NCBI GenBank assembly: GCA_040767195.1
Contig: JAXGPA010000007.1
Span: 1 to 64,000 of the forward strand
Length of the DNA: 64,000 nucleotides
DNA from: Syntrophales bacterium
GTDB lineage: Bacteria; Desulfobacterota; Syntrophia; Syntrophales; UBA6807
Reading direction: 5' to 3'
In this document: positions 49,515-59,374 of the stretch, piece by piece
Numbering within the stretch: the first letter of the stretch is position 1
Layout: each line of letters opens with the position of its first letter
Program-made: the position numbers and the translations under genes
Notes under the pieces: generated by a model
Database searches by the model: none
Seen by the model: only the letters and a program-made list of their open reading frames with translations
Told to the model about the DNA's origin: nothing

Positions 49515-50927
49515 TTATTCCTCCGCCTCCCGGAAAGACCAGCGCTTTTGCGCCCGGCGGGAAACGGCGAATCGATACCCCCAGCTTCCCGCGAAGAGGA
49601 GAACGGCCGAAAGCGGAAAAGTCAGAAGAAGGAGATCTCCGTGGTTTCCCAGTTTCAGGAAAAGACTCGCTCCGCCGCCGCCGATGAGGGCCGTCATAAC
49701 ACCAACATGATTAAATTTCAACCGGTCGGCGTAGAACCCCAGGATGACGGGGACGATGAGCCCGCCGGAATAGACGGTGTACCCTAAAAGGAGAGAGGCG
49801 ATGACCCCTTTCATTTTCAGGGCGATGAGAAGAGAGAGGATCCCGACGGCGACGACGACGATCCGGGACACCCGGAGAACGGACTTCTCCTTCACGGGAA
49901 GGCCGAAGAGCGGTTGGAGGACGTCCACCGTGAGGATGGTTCCCGTGGTGAGCAGACACGTGTCGGCGGAAGACATGACCGCCGCGAGGAGCGCCGCCAG
50001 GACGATTCCGTTGAGCCCCTGGGGGAGCGTGTGGAGCACCAGGGCTGGAAAGGCGCTCTCCGGGGGGATCTCCGGGAGAAGGATCCGCGCCGTCATCCCG
50101 ATCAGGGTGAGGAGGAACGCCGCCGGAACGAGGAACAGGGCCGCGGTGACGAGGGCCCTCCTGGCCACCCCGGGGCTCCTGGAAGAGAGGATCCGGGAAT
50201 AGATGTCCGGGCCGACGAGATAGGCGGCACCGACGAAGAGGAGAAAGGTGAGAAGATCCGTGGAGCTGAAGGCCGATGACGTGGGAAAATCAAGGAAGCC
50301 TGCGGGAAGGGCGGTGGTCATTTTTCCCCATCCGCCGGCGGCGGCGGACCCGAGGAAAAAGGTCAGGAGAATCCCGGCGAAAATGATGAGGGATTGAACG
50401 ACATCGGTCCGGAGAATGGAGTACTGCCCCCCAAGAACGGTGTAAAGGATAAACACCGCCGCGGCGAGAACCATGAATGCCTCCAGGTGTCCCGGCCAGA
50501 GGGCGGCGAGGATTTTGCCGGCGGCGATGATCTGGCCGGCGATGATTCCGAACCAGGCCGTGGCGATGACCAGGGAGGCGACGACCCGGGTCGATTTGCC
50601 GCCGTACTGTTTTTCCAGGATTCCGGGGAGGGTGTAGACGGCATATTCCCGAACCTTCCGGGCCATCCAGAAAGCGAGGAGCAAAAGGCCCGCCGAACCG
50701 ACCAGGAGCCACCAGGCCCCCACGAGACCCTTCTGGTAGCCCAGGCCGGCGAGCCCGATGGTGCTCGATCCCCCGAGGATCGTGGCGAGAAGGGACCCCG
50801 TGATGAGGAAGCCGCTTCCGGCCCGGTCGGCGACGAAAAAGCTGTCCGGTCCCTTTATTTTTCGGGCGCTGTATGCGCCCACGAGAAGCATGGCGATGAA
50901 AAAAACGGTGACGATGAGGCCGTTCAT
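49515..50927 (-). CDS. Sodium:solute symporter (SSS) family, candidate biotin transporter
   Basis: 'FFVADR', 'YTLPGILEKQYG', 'YTVLGGQYS...TDVVQ', 'AAVMSSADT'; ATGA overlap with the birA stop. Confidence 0.9.
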   Translation of the reverse strand: MNGLIVTVFFIAMLLVGAYSARKIKGPDSFFVADRAGSGFLITGSLLATILGGSSTIGLAGLGYQKGLVGAWWLLVGSAGLLLLAFWMARKVREYAVYTLPGILEKQYGGKSTRVVASLVIATAWFGIIAGQIIAAGKILAALWPGHLEAFMVLAAAVFILYTVLGGQYSILRTDVVQSLIIFAGILLTFFLGSAAAGGWGKMTTALPAGFLDFPTSSAFSSTDLLTFLLFVGAAYLVGPDIYSRILSSRSPGVARRALVTAALFLVPAAFLLTLIGMTARILLPEIPPESAFPALVLHTLPQGLNGIVLAALLAAVMSSADTCLLTTGTILTVDVLQPLFGLPVKEKSVLRVSRIVVVAVGILSLLIALKMKGVIASLLLGYTVYSGGLIVPVILGFYADRLKFNHVGVMTALIGGGGASLFLKLGNHGDLLLLTFPLSAVLLFAGSWGYRFAVSRRAQKRWSFREAEE

Positions 50928-51928
50928 GGGCATTCCTCCGCCGGTTCCGATGATATGAGGTCCCCCGAATACACCTGCCGGGTGTCTCCCGTGTGTTCCT
51001 GTCGTATAAGGAGGATTCCCGCGTCGTCCAGGCCCAGGGCGACGCCCGTGACCGGAGACCCGGCTCCCGCCACGGTCACCCGCCGGCCGAAGAGGCCCGA
51101 CAACGCCATCCAGCGGTCTCTCACGGCGGAAAACCCGCCCGAGTTCACCTTCCGGTAATAGCCGTCGAAGAGACGGAGGAAGGAACGGATGACGGGAATC
51201 CGCGGGAAGACCTGTCCCGTCGACAGGAGAAGAGAGGTGGCCCGCCCGCGAAGCTCCCCGGGAAAGTCTTCCTCCGTTGCGGACACGTTGATTCCCAGCC
51301 CGACGACGACGAAGTCGACCATGTCCAGCTCGGCGTGGCTTTCCAGAAGGATGCCGCCGATTTTGCGATTCCCGATAATGAGGTCGTTGGGCCACTTGAT
51401 GGACACGGGGACACGGGACACCCCTTCCAGGGCCTCGGCGGCGGCGACGGCGGTGAGAACGGCGAGCCGGGGGAGCTCGCCGGGACTCAAGGGGGGTCTC
51501 AGGACGAGGGAGAGATAGATGCCCTTTCCATGGGGGGAAACCCATGCCCGGCCTTTCCGGCCTCTTCCCGCGGCCTGGCTTTCCGCGAGAACCAGGGTCC
51601 CTTCGGGGCACCCCTTGAAGGCCAGGTCCCGCGCGACCTGGCTGGTGGAAGGCGTCTCCCGGGGAAGGATGATCTGCGCCCCCTCGAAGAGCGTCCCTTC
51701 CAGGTCCCTGGATATTTCCCGGGCGAGAAGGAAATCGGGAAGGGCGGTCAGGAGGTACCCTTTCCGGGGGGCGGTGAGGACCTGGAAGCCTTCCTTTTTC
51801 AGCCGGGTCATGTGTTTCCAGACGGCGGAACGGCTGACCGACAGCCGCTGGCTGATCCGCTCCCCGGAAACCCACATCCCCTGGTTTTCCTTGAGAATGG
51901 CGATCAGGTCTTCCCGGATGGAATCCAA
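50924..51928 (-). CDS. birA: Bifunctional biotin-protein ligase / biotin repressor BirA
   Basis: N-terminal HTH 'VSGERISQRLSVSRSAVWKHM', 'GRGRKGRAW', 'IKWPND', 'KIGGIL'. Confidence 0.96.
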   Translation of the reverse strand: MDSIREDLIAILKENQGMWVSGERISQRLSVSRSAVWKHMTRLKKEGFQVLTAPRKGYLLTALPDFLLAREISRDLEGTLFEGAQIILPRETPSTSQVARDLAFKGCPEGTLVLAESQAAGRGRKGRAWVSPHGKGIYLSLVLRPPLSPGELPRLAVLTAVAAAEALEGVSRVPVSIKWPNDLIIGNRKIGGILLESHAELDMVDFVVVGLGINVSATEEDFPGELRGRATSLLLSTGQVFPRIPVIRSFLRLFDGYYRKVNSGGFSAVRDRWMALSGLFGRRVTVAGAGSPVTGVALGLDDAGILLIRQEHTGDTRQVYSGDLISSEPAEECP

Positions 51929-51978
51929 AAGTTTCTCCTGGCACGAAATGGCGGCTACATATCACCGGGGCCATCATA

Positions 51979-52008
51979 TGTCAACCTTGCATATTTTAAA
52001 GGTTGACA
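51979..52008. promoter_or_regulatory. BirA operator (bioO-like)
   Basis: Perfect inverted repeat TGTCAACC-N14-GGTTGACA, 50 bp upstream of birA; the proximal arm doubles as a minus-strand TTGACA -35. Confidence 0.88.
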
Positions 52009-52080
52009 AGACTTGATTCGGATTTCCGGCCTCTTTGCCGATTGGCCGGGCGACGGCCCGGCGCGCGACGGCGGGGTTTT

Positions 52081-53235
52081 TCAGGACGGCTGTCCCCGGC
52101 GGGGGACAAGATAGCGGGGGACACGGGGAAGAAGCCACAGGAGAAAATCCCGGTAGGGGGCGGGATATTGGGGTATGAGGAAAAAACGGCGGAAGAGCTC
52201 GTCGTGGGCGGCGAAGGCCCGGAAGAAAGGCCCGGGGAAAGCGTAGAACAGTTTCGCCGTCATCCGGGAATAGAAGAAGGGGCGGTCGAATTCCAGGCGG
52301 CACCGATTCTCGTAGCGAACGAGGGGGCCTTCCCCGTCACCGGAAAGGACGGCGTCCGCCGCGGCCTGTCCCGCCAGCCTGCCCGAATGAAGCGCATAGG
52401 CGATCCCTTCCCCGGAAAAGGGGTCGACGAAGCCGGCGGCATCCCCCGCCAGGAGAACCCGGGAACGGCGGAGGATTCTCCGGAAACCGCCCGCCGGGAT
52501 CACGTGCCCCCGGGCGGGGGCGTCGGGAGGGAACCCGCACCGGTTGAGAAAAGACCTGAATATGGACCGGGCGCGGGCGGGATGTCTCGTGAAGGTTCCG
52601 ATGCCAACGGAAAAGGTGTCCCCCTGGGGGAATACCCACCCGTATCCGCCGTAAAGAGCGTCGAAGTATATTTCGGGGAGGGTTTTCGAGTGCCCTTCGG
52701 GGGATCGGTCCCGTTCCACGGGGATTTCCGAAACCAGGGAGACGCCGTATCGGCCGCTCCTGTCCCGTTCCCGGACCTGGCGTGTCAAGGGGCCCTGGCT
52801 GCCCTCGGCGATGATGAGGTATTTCCCGTCCCGGACGCCCCGGCTCGTGAAAAGACGGATTCCGTCGGGCCGCTCTTCGTATCGCAGGGCCCGCTCACCC
52901 TCGTGGAGAGCGATTCCCGCATCCACGGCCCGGCGGACCAGGTAATGGTCGAAAGCCGCCCGGGAGATCATCGTGGCGATCCGCGTCCCCGCCTGGCCTT
53001 CCAGGCAGTAGTCTCCAAAACGGAACCGGATGCCTGAAACTTCCTTCTTTTTCAACCCGTCCGGCAGCGGCTCTTCAATGTATCGGAGGGCTTTTTCCGA
53101 GAGGCCGCCGCCGCAGGGCTTGGGGCGGGGAAACGTCTCTTTATCGATGAGGAGAACGGACAGGCCCTTTTTGCCGCCCTCCCGGGCCGCCGTGCTTCCC
53201 GCCGGCCCCGCTCCCGCGATGAGAATGTCGTGCAC
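52081..53235 (-). CDS. Geranylgeranyl reductase family FAD-dependent oxidoreductase
   Basis: 'GAGPAGS', 'FPRPKPCGGG', 'GYGWVFP', 'GDAAGFVDPFSGEGI'; start uncertain. Confidence 0.88.
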   Translation of the reverse strand: MHDILIAGAGPAGSTAAREGGKKGLSVLLIDKETFPRPKPCGGGLSEKALRYIEEPLPDGLKKKEVSGIRFRFGDYCLEGQAGTRIATMISRAAFDHYLVRRAVDAGIALHEGERALRYEERPDGIRLFTSRGVRDGKYLIIAEGSQGPLTRQVRERDRSGRYGVSLVSEIPVERDRSPEGHSKTLPEIYFDALYGGYGWVFPQGDTFSVGIGTFTRHPARARSIFRSFLNRCGFPPDAPARGHVIPAGGFRRILRRSRVLLAGDAAGFVDPFSGEGIAYALHSGRLAGQAAADAVLSGDGEGPLVRYENRCRLEFDRPFFYSRMTAKLFYAFPGPFFRAFAAHDELFRRFFLIPQYPAPYRDFLLWLLPRVPRYLVPRRGQPS

Positions 53236-53546
53236 CTTTTTCGGTCTCCTTTTCGCCCCGAAGGAACCGGTCCGCCGGCTCTTTTCCGTTCCTTTATTTT
53301 CCCGCGGCCATTGCCATGGGCCTACGAGATGACTATATTGTCCCCGTGCCCGGCATGCCGGAAGGCAAAAACCGGGCGATTCACTGTCACGGACCGGGGC
53401 ATACACACCCATAATACAGGAAGGCCCGTCTTTCAATCCCCTCCTGTAAAAATGATGCGGCGCCGGGTCGGAAAAGGAAGACTTCCCCTTTTGAAAGAGA
53501 ACGGAAACTCTCGAAAAATAAAGCCCCGCCGCCGGGACGTGTCGCA

Positions 53547-54284
53547 ATGATTCTCCTTTACGTGTGCATCGTGGCGTTTCTCGCCGGTTTTATCCAGGGG
53601 TTTTCCGGGTTCGGGTCGGTCCTCCTGTCTCTTCCCCTTCTGGCTCTTTTTCTCGACATGCGGGAAGTGGTTCCCCTGGTCTCCCTTTATGCCCTTTTCC
53701 TCACGGCGGTCCTCTTCATCCAGCTTCGATCCTTCATTCACTGGAGAACGGTGGGCGTTCTCGTGGCGGGCGCCCTGCCCGGCGTCCCCGCGGGGGTCTA
53801 TCTTCTTAAATACGTCCCTTCCTTTGTTATCGAAACCCTGGCGGGGGTCACCCTGGTTCTTTTCTCCCTGGCCCAACTTTTTCTGAAGATTGCGAAAGCC
53901 CCTGACGGCCTTCCCTGGACGCTGGTCTTCGGGTTTCTCGGGGGGTGTTTCGGCGGGGCCATCGGCGCGTCCGGGCCCCCGGTGATTCTTTACACGGCCC
54001 TTCAGCCCTGGGACAAGAACACCATCAAGGCCACCCTGCAGGGATTTTTTCTTTTTGCGGGTCTCCTGGTCGTTATCGCGCAGGCGTATTCGGGCTTCAT
54101 GACCTGGCCGGTCCTCCGTTTTTTCGGACTCGGGTTTCCCTTTCTCATGGCGGGCACTTTCGCCGGCTCTTTTTTCTACGGATCGCTTCGTACGGAGGGT
54201 TACCAGAGAGTGCTTTTCGTTCTTCTCTGCCTTCTCGGGGTTTTCATGGTTTTAAAAGGCGTGTTCATCGATGTGGCCCCCTGA
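53547..54284 (+). CDS. TauE/SafE family membrane protein
   Basis: 'AGFIQGFSGFG', 'GASGPP', about 8 TM segments. Confidence 0.85.
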   Translation: MILLYVCIVAFLAGFIQGFSGFGSVLLSLPLLALFLDMREVVPLVSLYALFLTAVLFIQLRSFIHWRTVGVLVAGALPGVPAGVYLLKYVPSFVIETLAGVTLVLFSLAQLFLKIAKAPDGLPWTLVFGFLGGCFGGAIGASGPPVILYTALQPWDKNTIKATLQGFFLFAGLLVVIAQAYSGFMTWPVLRFFGLGFPFLMAGTFAGSFFYGSLRTEGYQRVLFVLLCLLGVFMVLKGVFIDVAP

Positions 54285-54521
54285 GGTGAGGATTTTCTCG
54301 CAAGGAAGCGGCATTCCGCTTCGCGTCCACCACCATGTCCGCGGCGGAGCGCCGGGAACGCTTCCTTCGGCCTGTTTCGGGCGTCATGGCCCGGGACCCT
54401 TCGAGGGCGGCCGCCGAGAGAACTTTTTTCGGGGACTTCGGGAGTCGATGGTGTTTCTTATTACTTTGAACGTGCTTTTATCCGGAAATCGCCGTGATTT
54501 CCTTTTTCGGGAAGGGTTGCC

Positions 54522-55469
54522 GTGACCGGGGAAAACAGCCGGGGTCTTCTTCAATCGGGTATCCGCCAGGGCCTTTACAAGGGGTGGTTGAGCTTTCTCT
54601 GGATCGCGAAGATCATACTGCCCATTTCCTTTTTTACGGCGGTCCTGTCGTGGAGCGGTTTTATCGATGCCGTGGGGTTTCTCGTCCATCCCGTCATGAC
54701 GTTTTTCGGACTTCCGGCGGTGGCCGCGGTTCCCCTCGTCATCGGCATGCTGACGGGCATTTACGGCGGCATCGCCGCCATGGCCGTCCTGCCCATGACG
54801 GTGAACCAGATGACCCTGGTGGCCCTTTTCCTTCTCATCGCCCACAACCTCGTTCAGGAGTGCGCCATCCAGGGAAGTTCCGGCGTCCACCCCCTGAAAG
54901 CCGCCATTTTCCGGATCGTGACGGCCCTCGTGACGGTTTTCACCGTTTCCTTTTTTCTCGACCTTTCCGGCGGGATTCACGATGGCGCTGGCGGAGCCTC
55001 CGCTGTTCCGGCCCCGGTCTTCACCGCCATGGTGAGAGACTGGGCCATGGCCTCTCTCCTCCTCATGGCCCGGATATTCGTCATTGTCATGATCGTCCTT
55101 GGCTTTCTCGAGATCGCCAAGGTTTTCGGGTGGATCCGGTATATCGCCCGGTTTCTGAACCCCTTCCTGCGGGTCATGGGCCTGAGCGACCGGGTGGGCC
55201 TTCTGTGGCTCACCGCCGTCGTTTTCGGGCTTGCCTACGGCGGGGCGGTGATCGTGGAGGAGGCGAAAAGCGGAAACCTTTCCGACGTGGAACTGGAGGA
55301 ACTCCATCTATCCATCGGCATTAACCATGCCATGATAGAAGACCCCGCCCTTTTCCTTCCCCTGGGCATCCACCCCTTCTGGCTCTGGGTGCCCCGCTTC
55401 GTCGTTGCCGTCCTGGCCGTCCGGCTTCTCACGTTCTGGTATGCCTTCCGGGGCCGCGAGAAGGGTTGA
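54522..55469 (+). CDS. Nucleoside-recognition (Gate) domain membrane protein
   Basis: 'PVMTFFGLP', 'LIAHNLVQE', 'GLAYGGAVI', 'INHAMIED'. Confidence 0.75.
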   Translation: MTGENSRGLLQSGIRQGLYKGWLSFLWIAKIILPISFFTAVLSWSGFIDAVGFLVHPVMTFFGLPAVAAVPLVIGMLTGIYGGIAAMAVLPMTVNQMTLVALFLLIAHNLVQECAIQGSSGVHPLKAAIFRIVTALVTVFTVSFFLDLSGGIHDGAGGASAVPAPVFTAMVRDWAMASLLLMARIFVIVMIVLGFLEIAKVFGWIRYIARFLNPFLRVMGLSDRVGLLWLTAVVFGLAYGGAVIVEEAKSGNLSDVELEELHLSIGINHAMIEDPALFLPLGIHPFWLWVPRFVVAVLAVRLLTFWYAFRGREKG

Positions 55470-55637
55470 AAACATTTTTTTGTTGCCCGCTCCCCCTGTT
55501 TTCGATATATTTTCAGTGCCCGTATGTTGACAAATCATTGTGAAATATATTAAGGAAGGTCCGGTTCGAGGAGCCGGGAAAAGCCGGGGCGGGACCATCT
55601 CTCCAAGACCATTGAATAACTCGAGCGAGGAGGCACA

Positions 55638-56345
55638 ATGGCGATAGAAAAGCAGATAGAGGAACAGGTGCTGAAATGGCAGAAATCGACGGACCGGAGA
55701 AAGAAGAAGAACGAACCGCCCGGACCGGTGATCACCATTTCGAGGGAACCGGGCAGCGGCGGCGAAGCGCTCGCTAAAATGATCGCCGAAGAGCTGAAAA
55801 TCGATTATTTTGACCGGAAAATCGTTCAGGAGGTGGCCAGAAGCGCCCGGATGAGCGAAAAGGTGGTGGCCTCCCTCGACGAGAAGGAGCGGGGCCTTCT
55901 GGACAACTGGATCCAGTTTCTCAGAACCAGCCGTTATTTCTGGCCCGACGAATTCGTCCATCACCTGACCAAGGTGCTGAACACGGTGTGCCAGCACGGG
56001 AACGCCCTGATCGTTGGGCGAGCCGCCAACATGGTCCTGCCGCCGGAAGAAACCCTGAGAATCCGGTTCGTGGCCCCCCTGGAATACCGGGTGGAGTCGT
56101 ACGCCAAGGAAAGCGGCCTGTCCAAGGAGGAGGCGCAAAAGAAAATCGCCCAGGAGGAGTCGGACCGGAAGTCCTTCGTCCAGAAATATTTCCACGTGGA
56201 TATCGACGACACCAGCTATTACGATCTCGTTATCAACACCCGTTACTACAAGCCCGAACAGATTCTCGAGGCCGTGAAAGCCCTTCTGAAATTCAAGAAG
56301 ATGCCGGCACGGCGCCGCTTCGATCCGAAACCGGAAGAAGCTTGA
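55638..56345 (+). CDS. Cytidylate-kinase-like family protein
   Basis: 'VITISREPGSGG', 'IVGRAAN', 'YDLVINT'. Confidence 0.88.
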   Translation: MAIEKQIEEQVLKWQKSTDRRKKKNEPPGPVITISREPGSGGEALAKMIAEELKIDYFDRKIVQEVARSARMSEKVVASLDEKERGLLDNWIQFLRTSRYFWPDEFVHHLTKVLNTVCQHGNALIVGRAANMVLPPEETLRIRFVAPLEYRVESYAKESGLSKEEAQKKIAQEESDRKSFVQKYFHVDIDDTSYYDLVINTRYYKPEQILEAVKALLKFKKMPARRRFDPKPEEA

Positions 56346-56382
56346 GGGAAGCCCCTCGACCCTTGACGGAATAGACGTTCAG

Positions 56383-56414
56383 AAATAAGCGGGTTCAGCC
56401 CGCTTATTTTTTTT
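56383..56414 (+). terminator. Rho-independent terminator
   Basis: AAATAAGCGGG-TTCAG-CCCGCTTATTTTTTTT. Confidence 0.85.
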
Positions 56415-56482
56415 CACCCGCCGGTTCCCTGCCGGAAGCTCGGGAGCCCACGGAGACTGCTGTAAAAGAAAGGTGAAAGACC

Positions 56483-58588
56483 ATGGAAGAGAAGGAGAAG
56501 AAGGACGAAATCACGTGGGTGCGGACCCACTGCGCGCGAATGGACCACGGCGGCTGCGCCCTCCTGGTGGGTGTGGACCGAAAGGAAAACCGGATCGTCC
56601 AGGTGAAGGGCGATCCCGAAGGGTTTCTGAACAAGGGATACGTGTGCCCCAAGGGGATTATCTCCCCGGACAGGCTGAACCACCCGGACCGCCTCAAAAC
56701 CCCCCTGAAGCGGGTCGGGGAAAGAGGCGGCGGGAAGTGGACCCCCCTTTCCTGGGATGACGCTCTGGCGGAAACAGCCGATGCCTTCAACAGGATCCGG
56801 GATGCCCACGGCGCCCGGGCCGTCGCCTTCGGCGTGGGCATGCCCAAGGGGCTCGAGCACTTCGTCCTCATCCGGCTGGCCAACCTCTTCGGGTCCCCCA
56901 ACGTGGTGGCTTCCCAGGATGTCTGTCACGCCCCCCGGGAAATCACGGGAATCCACACCTGCGGCTTTTATCCCGTGGCCGATTTCCATCACCCGAGCCG
57001 ACTCGCCGTCCTGTGGGGAAGCAACATCACGTCCACCAACGAGGAGGGAGAGATCTGCAGCCTATTCCTGAAACAGCTGAAAGAAGGCATGGATCTCATC
57101 GTCGTGGACCCCCGGGAGACGGACCTGGCGAAAAAAGCGACACACTGGCTTCCCCTGAGGCCGGGAACGGACCACGCCCTGGCCCTCGCCTTTTTGAACG
57201 TGATCATCGAGGAAGGTCTCTACGACCGGGACTTCGTGGAAAAGTGGACCCACGGGTTCGAAGACCTGGCGGCCCATGTCCGGCAGTACACGCCGGAGAA
57301 GATGGCCGGTGTCACCTGGGTTCCCGCGGAACGGATCCGGGAGGCCGCCCGCCTTTACGGCCGGACCAGGCCGGCGGTCATCCAGTGGGGGAATCCCATA
57401 GAGCACAACATCCACACCTTCGACATCACCCGGGCCCTCATCTGCCTCATGGCGATCACCGGGAACCTGGCCGTGCCGGGAGGGAACGTGGAGGCCGTGG
57501 ATCCCAGGATCATGGGTCTCGGGGAGTTCGTCCGGGCCGATCTCATTCCCGAGAAGAGGAAGGAGATGCTGAGCGCCCACCACAGGGTCATTCCCCGGCT
57601 CATGACCATCGCCCCCGCTTTTTTCCGGAAGGCCGTGCTGGAGGATGTTCCCTACCCGGTCCGGGGGTTCTACGCCATGTGCTCCAACGCCCTCATGTCC
57701 TACGCCGACAGCCCCATGACCTATGAGGCCTTCAAAAAGCTGGACTTCATGGCCGTGGCGGACCTGTTCATGACCCCAACGGCGGCCATGGCGGACATCG
57801 TTTTTCCCGTGGCGAGCCAGTTCGAGTTCGACGACATCGGCCATTACGGCATCGGTCACGGGTATGTCCTGGCCCGGCCCAAGGTGGTCGATCCGCCCGA
57901 GGGGTGCTGGCCGGACATGAAAATCATGAACGAACTGGGGAAACGGATGTCCCCCCCGGAACTCTGGCACGACGATTACCGGGAGTTTCTCTCCGACCTT
58001 CTGAAGCCGAGCGGCCTCACCTACGCCGAGTTCGCGGAAAAGGGCTACCTGAAAGGGCCGGAACGGTTTCGGGCTTACGAGGCGAAGGGTTTCCGGACGC
58101 CCACGGGAAAGGTGGAGCTCCGTCTTTCCGTGGCGGAGAAATTCCGGCTCAAGCCCCTGCCCGAGTTCTCCGGCCTTCCGGAGAAAGAGGACCCCGAGTA
58201 CCCCCTTGTCCTCACGAGCTGCAAGAGCCGGTACTATCTCCACTCTTCCTACCGCTGGCTCGACAGGCTTCGGAAACTCCGACCCCAGCCGAAGGTGGAG
58301 ATCCACCCTGAAACGGCGGCGGCCCACGGGATCGCTGACGGGGACGGGGTGGTCATCGAAACGCGGCAAGGTTCGGTGATCCAGTACGCCGAGCTCACCG
58401 ACGCCCTGGACAGGCGGACCGTCAATGCCTCCCATGGCTGGTGGTTTCCCGAAGATTCCCCGGAATCCCAGTACGGGTGGCGTAAATCGAACTTCAACAT
58501 GCTCACGTCCGTGTCTCCCCTGGGGAGGGAATACGGGACGCCGAACATGAAGGCCCTGGGGTGCCGGATCCGGAAGGCGCTTCCGTAG
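56483..58588 (+). CDS. Cytoplasmic molybdopterin/tungstopterin oxidoreductase (DMSO reductase superfamily, acetylene-hydratase-like clade)
   Basis: 'HPDRLKTPLKR', 'SWDDAL', 'LRPGTD', 'FMTPTAAMADIV', C-terminal 'IHPETA...HGWW'; no Tat signal. Confidence 0.88.
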   Translation: MEEKEKKDEITWVRTHCARMDHGGCALLVGVDRKENRIVQVKGDPEGFLNKGYVCPKGIISPDRLNHPDRLKTPLKRVGERGGGKWTPLSWDDALAETADAFNRIRDAHGARAVAFGVGMPKGLEHFVLIRLANLFGSPNVVASQDVCHAPREITGIHTCGFYPVADFHHPSRLAVLWGSNITSTNEEGEICSLFLKQLKEGMDLIVVDPRETDLAKKATHWLPLRPGTDHALALAFLNVIIEEGLYDRDFVEKWTHGFEDLAAHVRQYTPEKMAGVTWVPAERIREAARLYGRTRPAVIQWGNPIEHNIHTFDITRALICLMAITGNLAVPGGNVEAVDPRIMGLGEFVRADLIPEKRKEMLSAHHRVIPRLMTIAPAFFRKAVLEDVPYPVRGFYAMCSNALMSYADSPMTYEAFKKLDFMAVADLFMTPTAAMADIVFPVASQFEFDDIGHYGIGHGYVLARPKVVDPPEGCWPDMKIMNELGKRMSPPELWHDDYREFLSDLLKPSGLTYAEFAEKGYLKGPERFRAYEAKGFRTPTGKVELRLSVAEKFRLKPLPEFSGLPEKEDPEYPLVLTSCKSRYYLHSSYRWLDRLRKLRPQPKVEIHPETAAAHGIADGDGVVIETRQGSVIQYAELTDALDRRTVNASHGWWFPEDSPESQYGWRKSNFNMLTSVSPLGREYGTPNMKALGCRIRKALP

Positions 58589-58602
58589 GGAAAAGAGAAC
58601 GA

Positions 58603-59373
58603 TCAGAAAAGGCGAACCGGCCTGTTCTTTAGGGCCGCCAGGAGGTCGTGGCGGGTCATGTCCGGCTCGATGGGGGTGATGGAAACGTATCCCTTTTTCA
58701 GGACCGAGAGATCCGTGTCTTCTTCTTCGTCTTCCGGCTGGAGCGTTTCCCCCACGAGCCAGTAGTAGACGTTGTTCCGGGGGTCCAGCCGCCTCTCGTA
58801 GGTTTCCACGAGGCGGGCCTGTCCCTGGCGGGTGAACCGGGCCCCTCTTATTTTCTCCGAAGGCAGGTCCGGGACGTTGACGTTCAGGGCGATGCCGGTG
58901 AGAAGGGAACGGTTCTCCAGGATGTAGTCGGCCACTGCGGCGGCCGTTCGGGCCGCCGCGGCATAGTCGGCCTCATGGCTTCGCGAGTCCAGGGACACGG
59001 CCATGGCGGGCACACCGAGGATGGATCCCTCGGTGGCGGCGGAGACGGTCCCCGAATAGAGAACGTTGATTCCCACGTTGGCCCCCAGGTTGATGCCCGA
59101 CACGACGAGATCGACAGGGCCGCCGGCGATTTCCCTGAGCCCGATCTTGACGCTGTCCGCCGGGGTCCCGGCCACGGCATATCCGTAAAAAACCCCGTTT
59201 TTTCGGGCCTCCCGTATCATGAGGGGCCGGGAAAGGGTGATGGCGTGCCCGGCGGCGCTCCGCTCCATTTCGGGCGCCACGATGAGGCACTCCCCTTTTT
59301 CGGAGAAAGCCTCCTGAAGGGTGAAGAGTCCCCGGGCATGAATGCCGTCGTCGTTGGTGAGAAGGAAACGCAC
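58603..59373 (-). CDS. surE: 5'/3'-nucleotidase SurE
   Basis: 'LLTNDDG', 'GTPADSV', 'VSGINLGAN', 'YSGTV'. Confidence 0.95.
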   Translation of the reverse strand: MRFLLTNDDGIHARGLFTLQEAFSEKGECLIVAPEMERSAAGHAITLSRPLMIREARKNGVFYGYAVAGTPADSVKIGLREIAGGPVDLVVSGINLGANVGINVLYSGTVSAATEGSILGVPAMAVSLDSRSHEADYAAAARTAAAVADYILENRSLLTGIALNVNVPDLPSEKIRGARFTRQGQARLVETYERRLDPRNNVYYWLVGETLQPEDEEEDTDLSVLKKGYVSITPIEPDMTRHDLLAALKNRPVRLF

Positions 59374-59374
59374 G

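Noticed and set aside
49515..51977. 820-aa ORF suggesting an extended SSS fusion
   Set aside because: The N-terminal part is an alternative frame overlapping birA; the real SSS starts near 50927.
55535..55555. Rex-like box TTGTGAAATATATTAAG
   Set aside because: Only the left half-site matches TTGTGAA-N4-TTCACAA.
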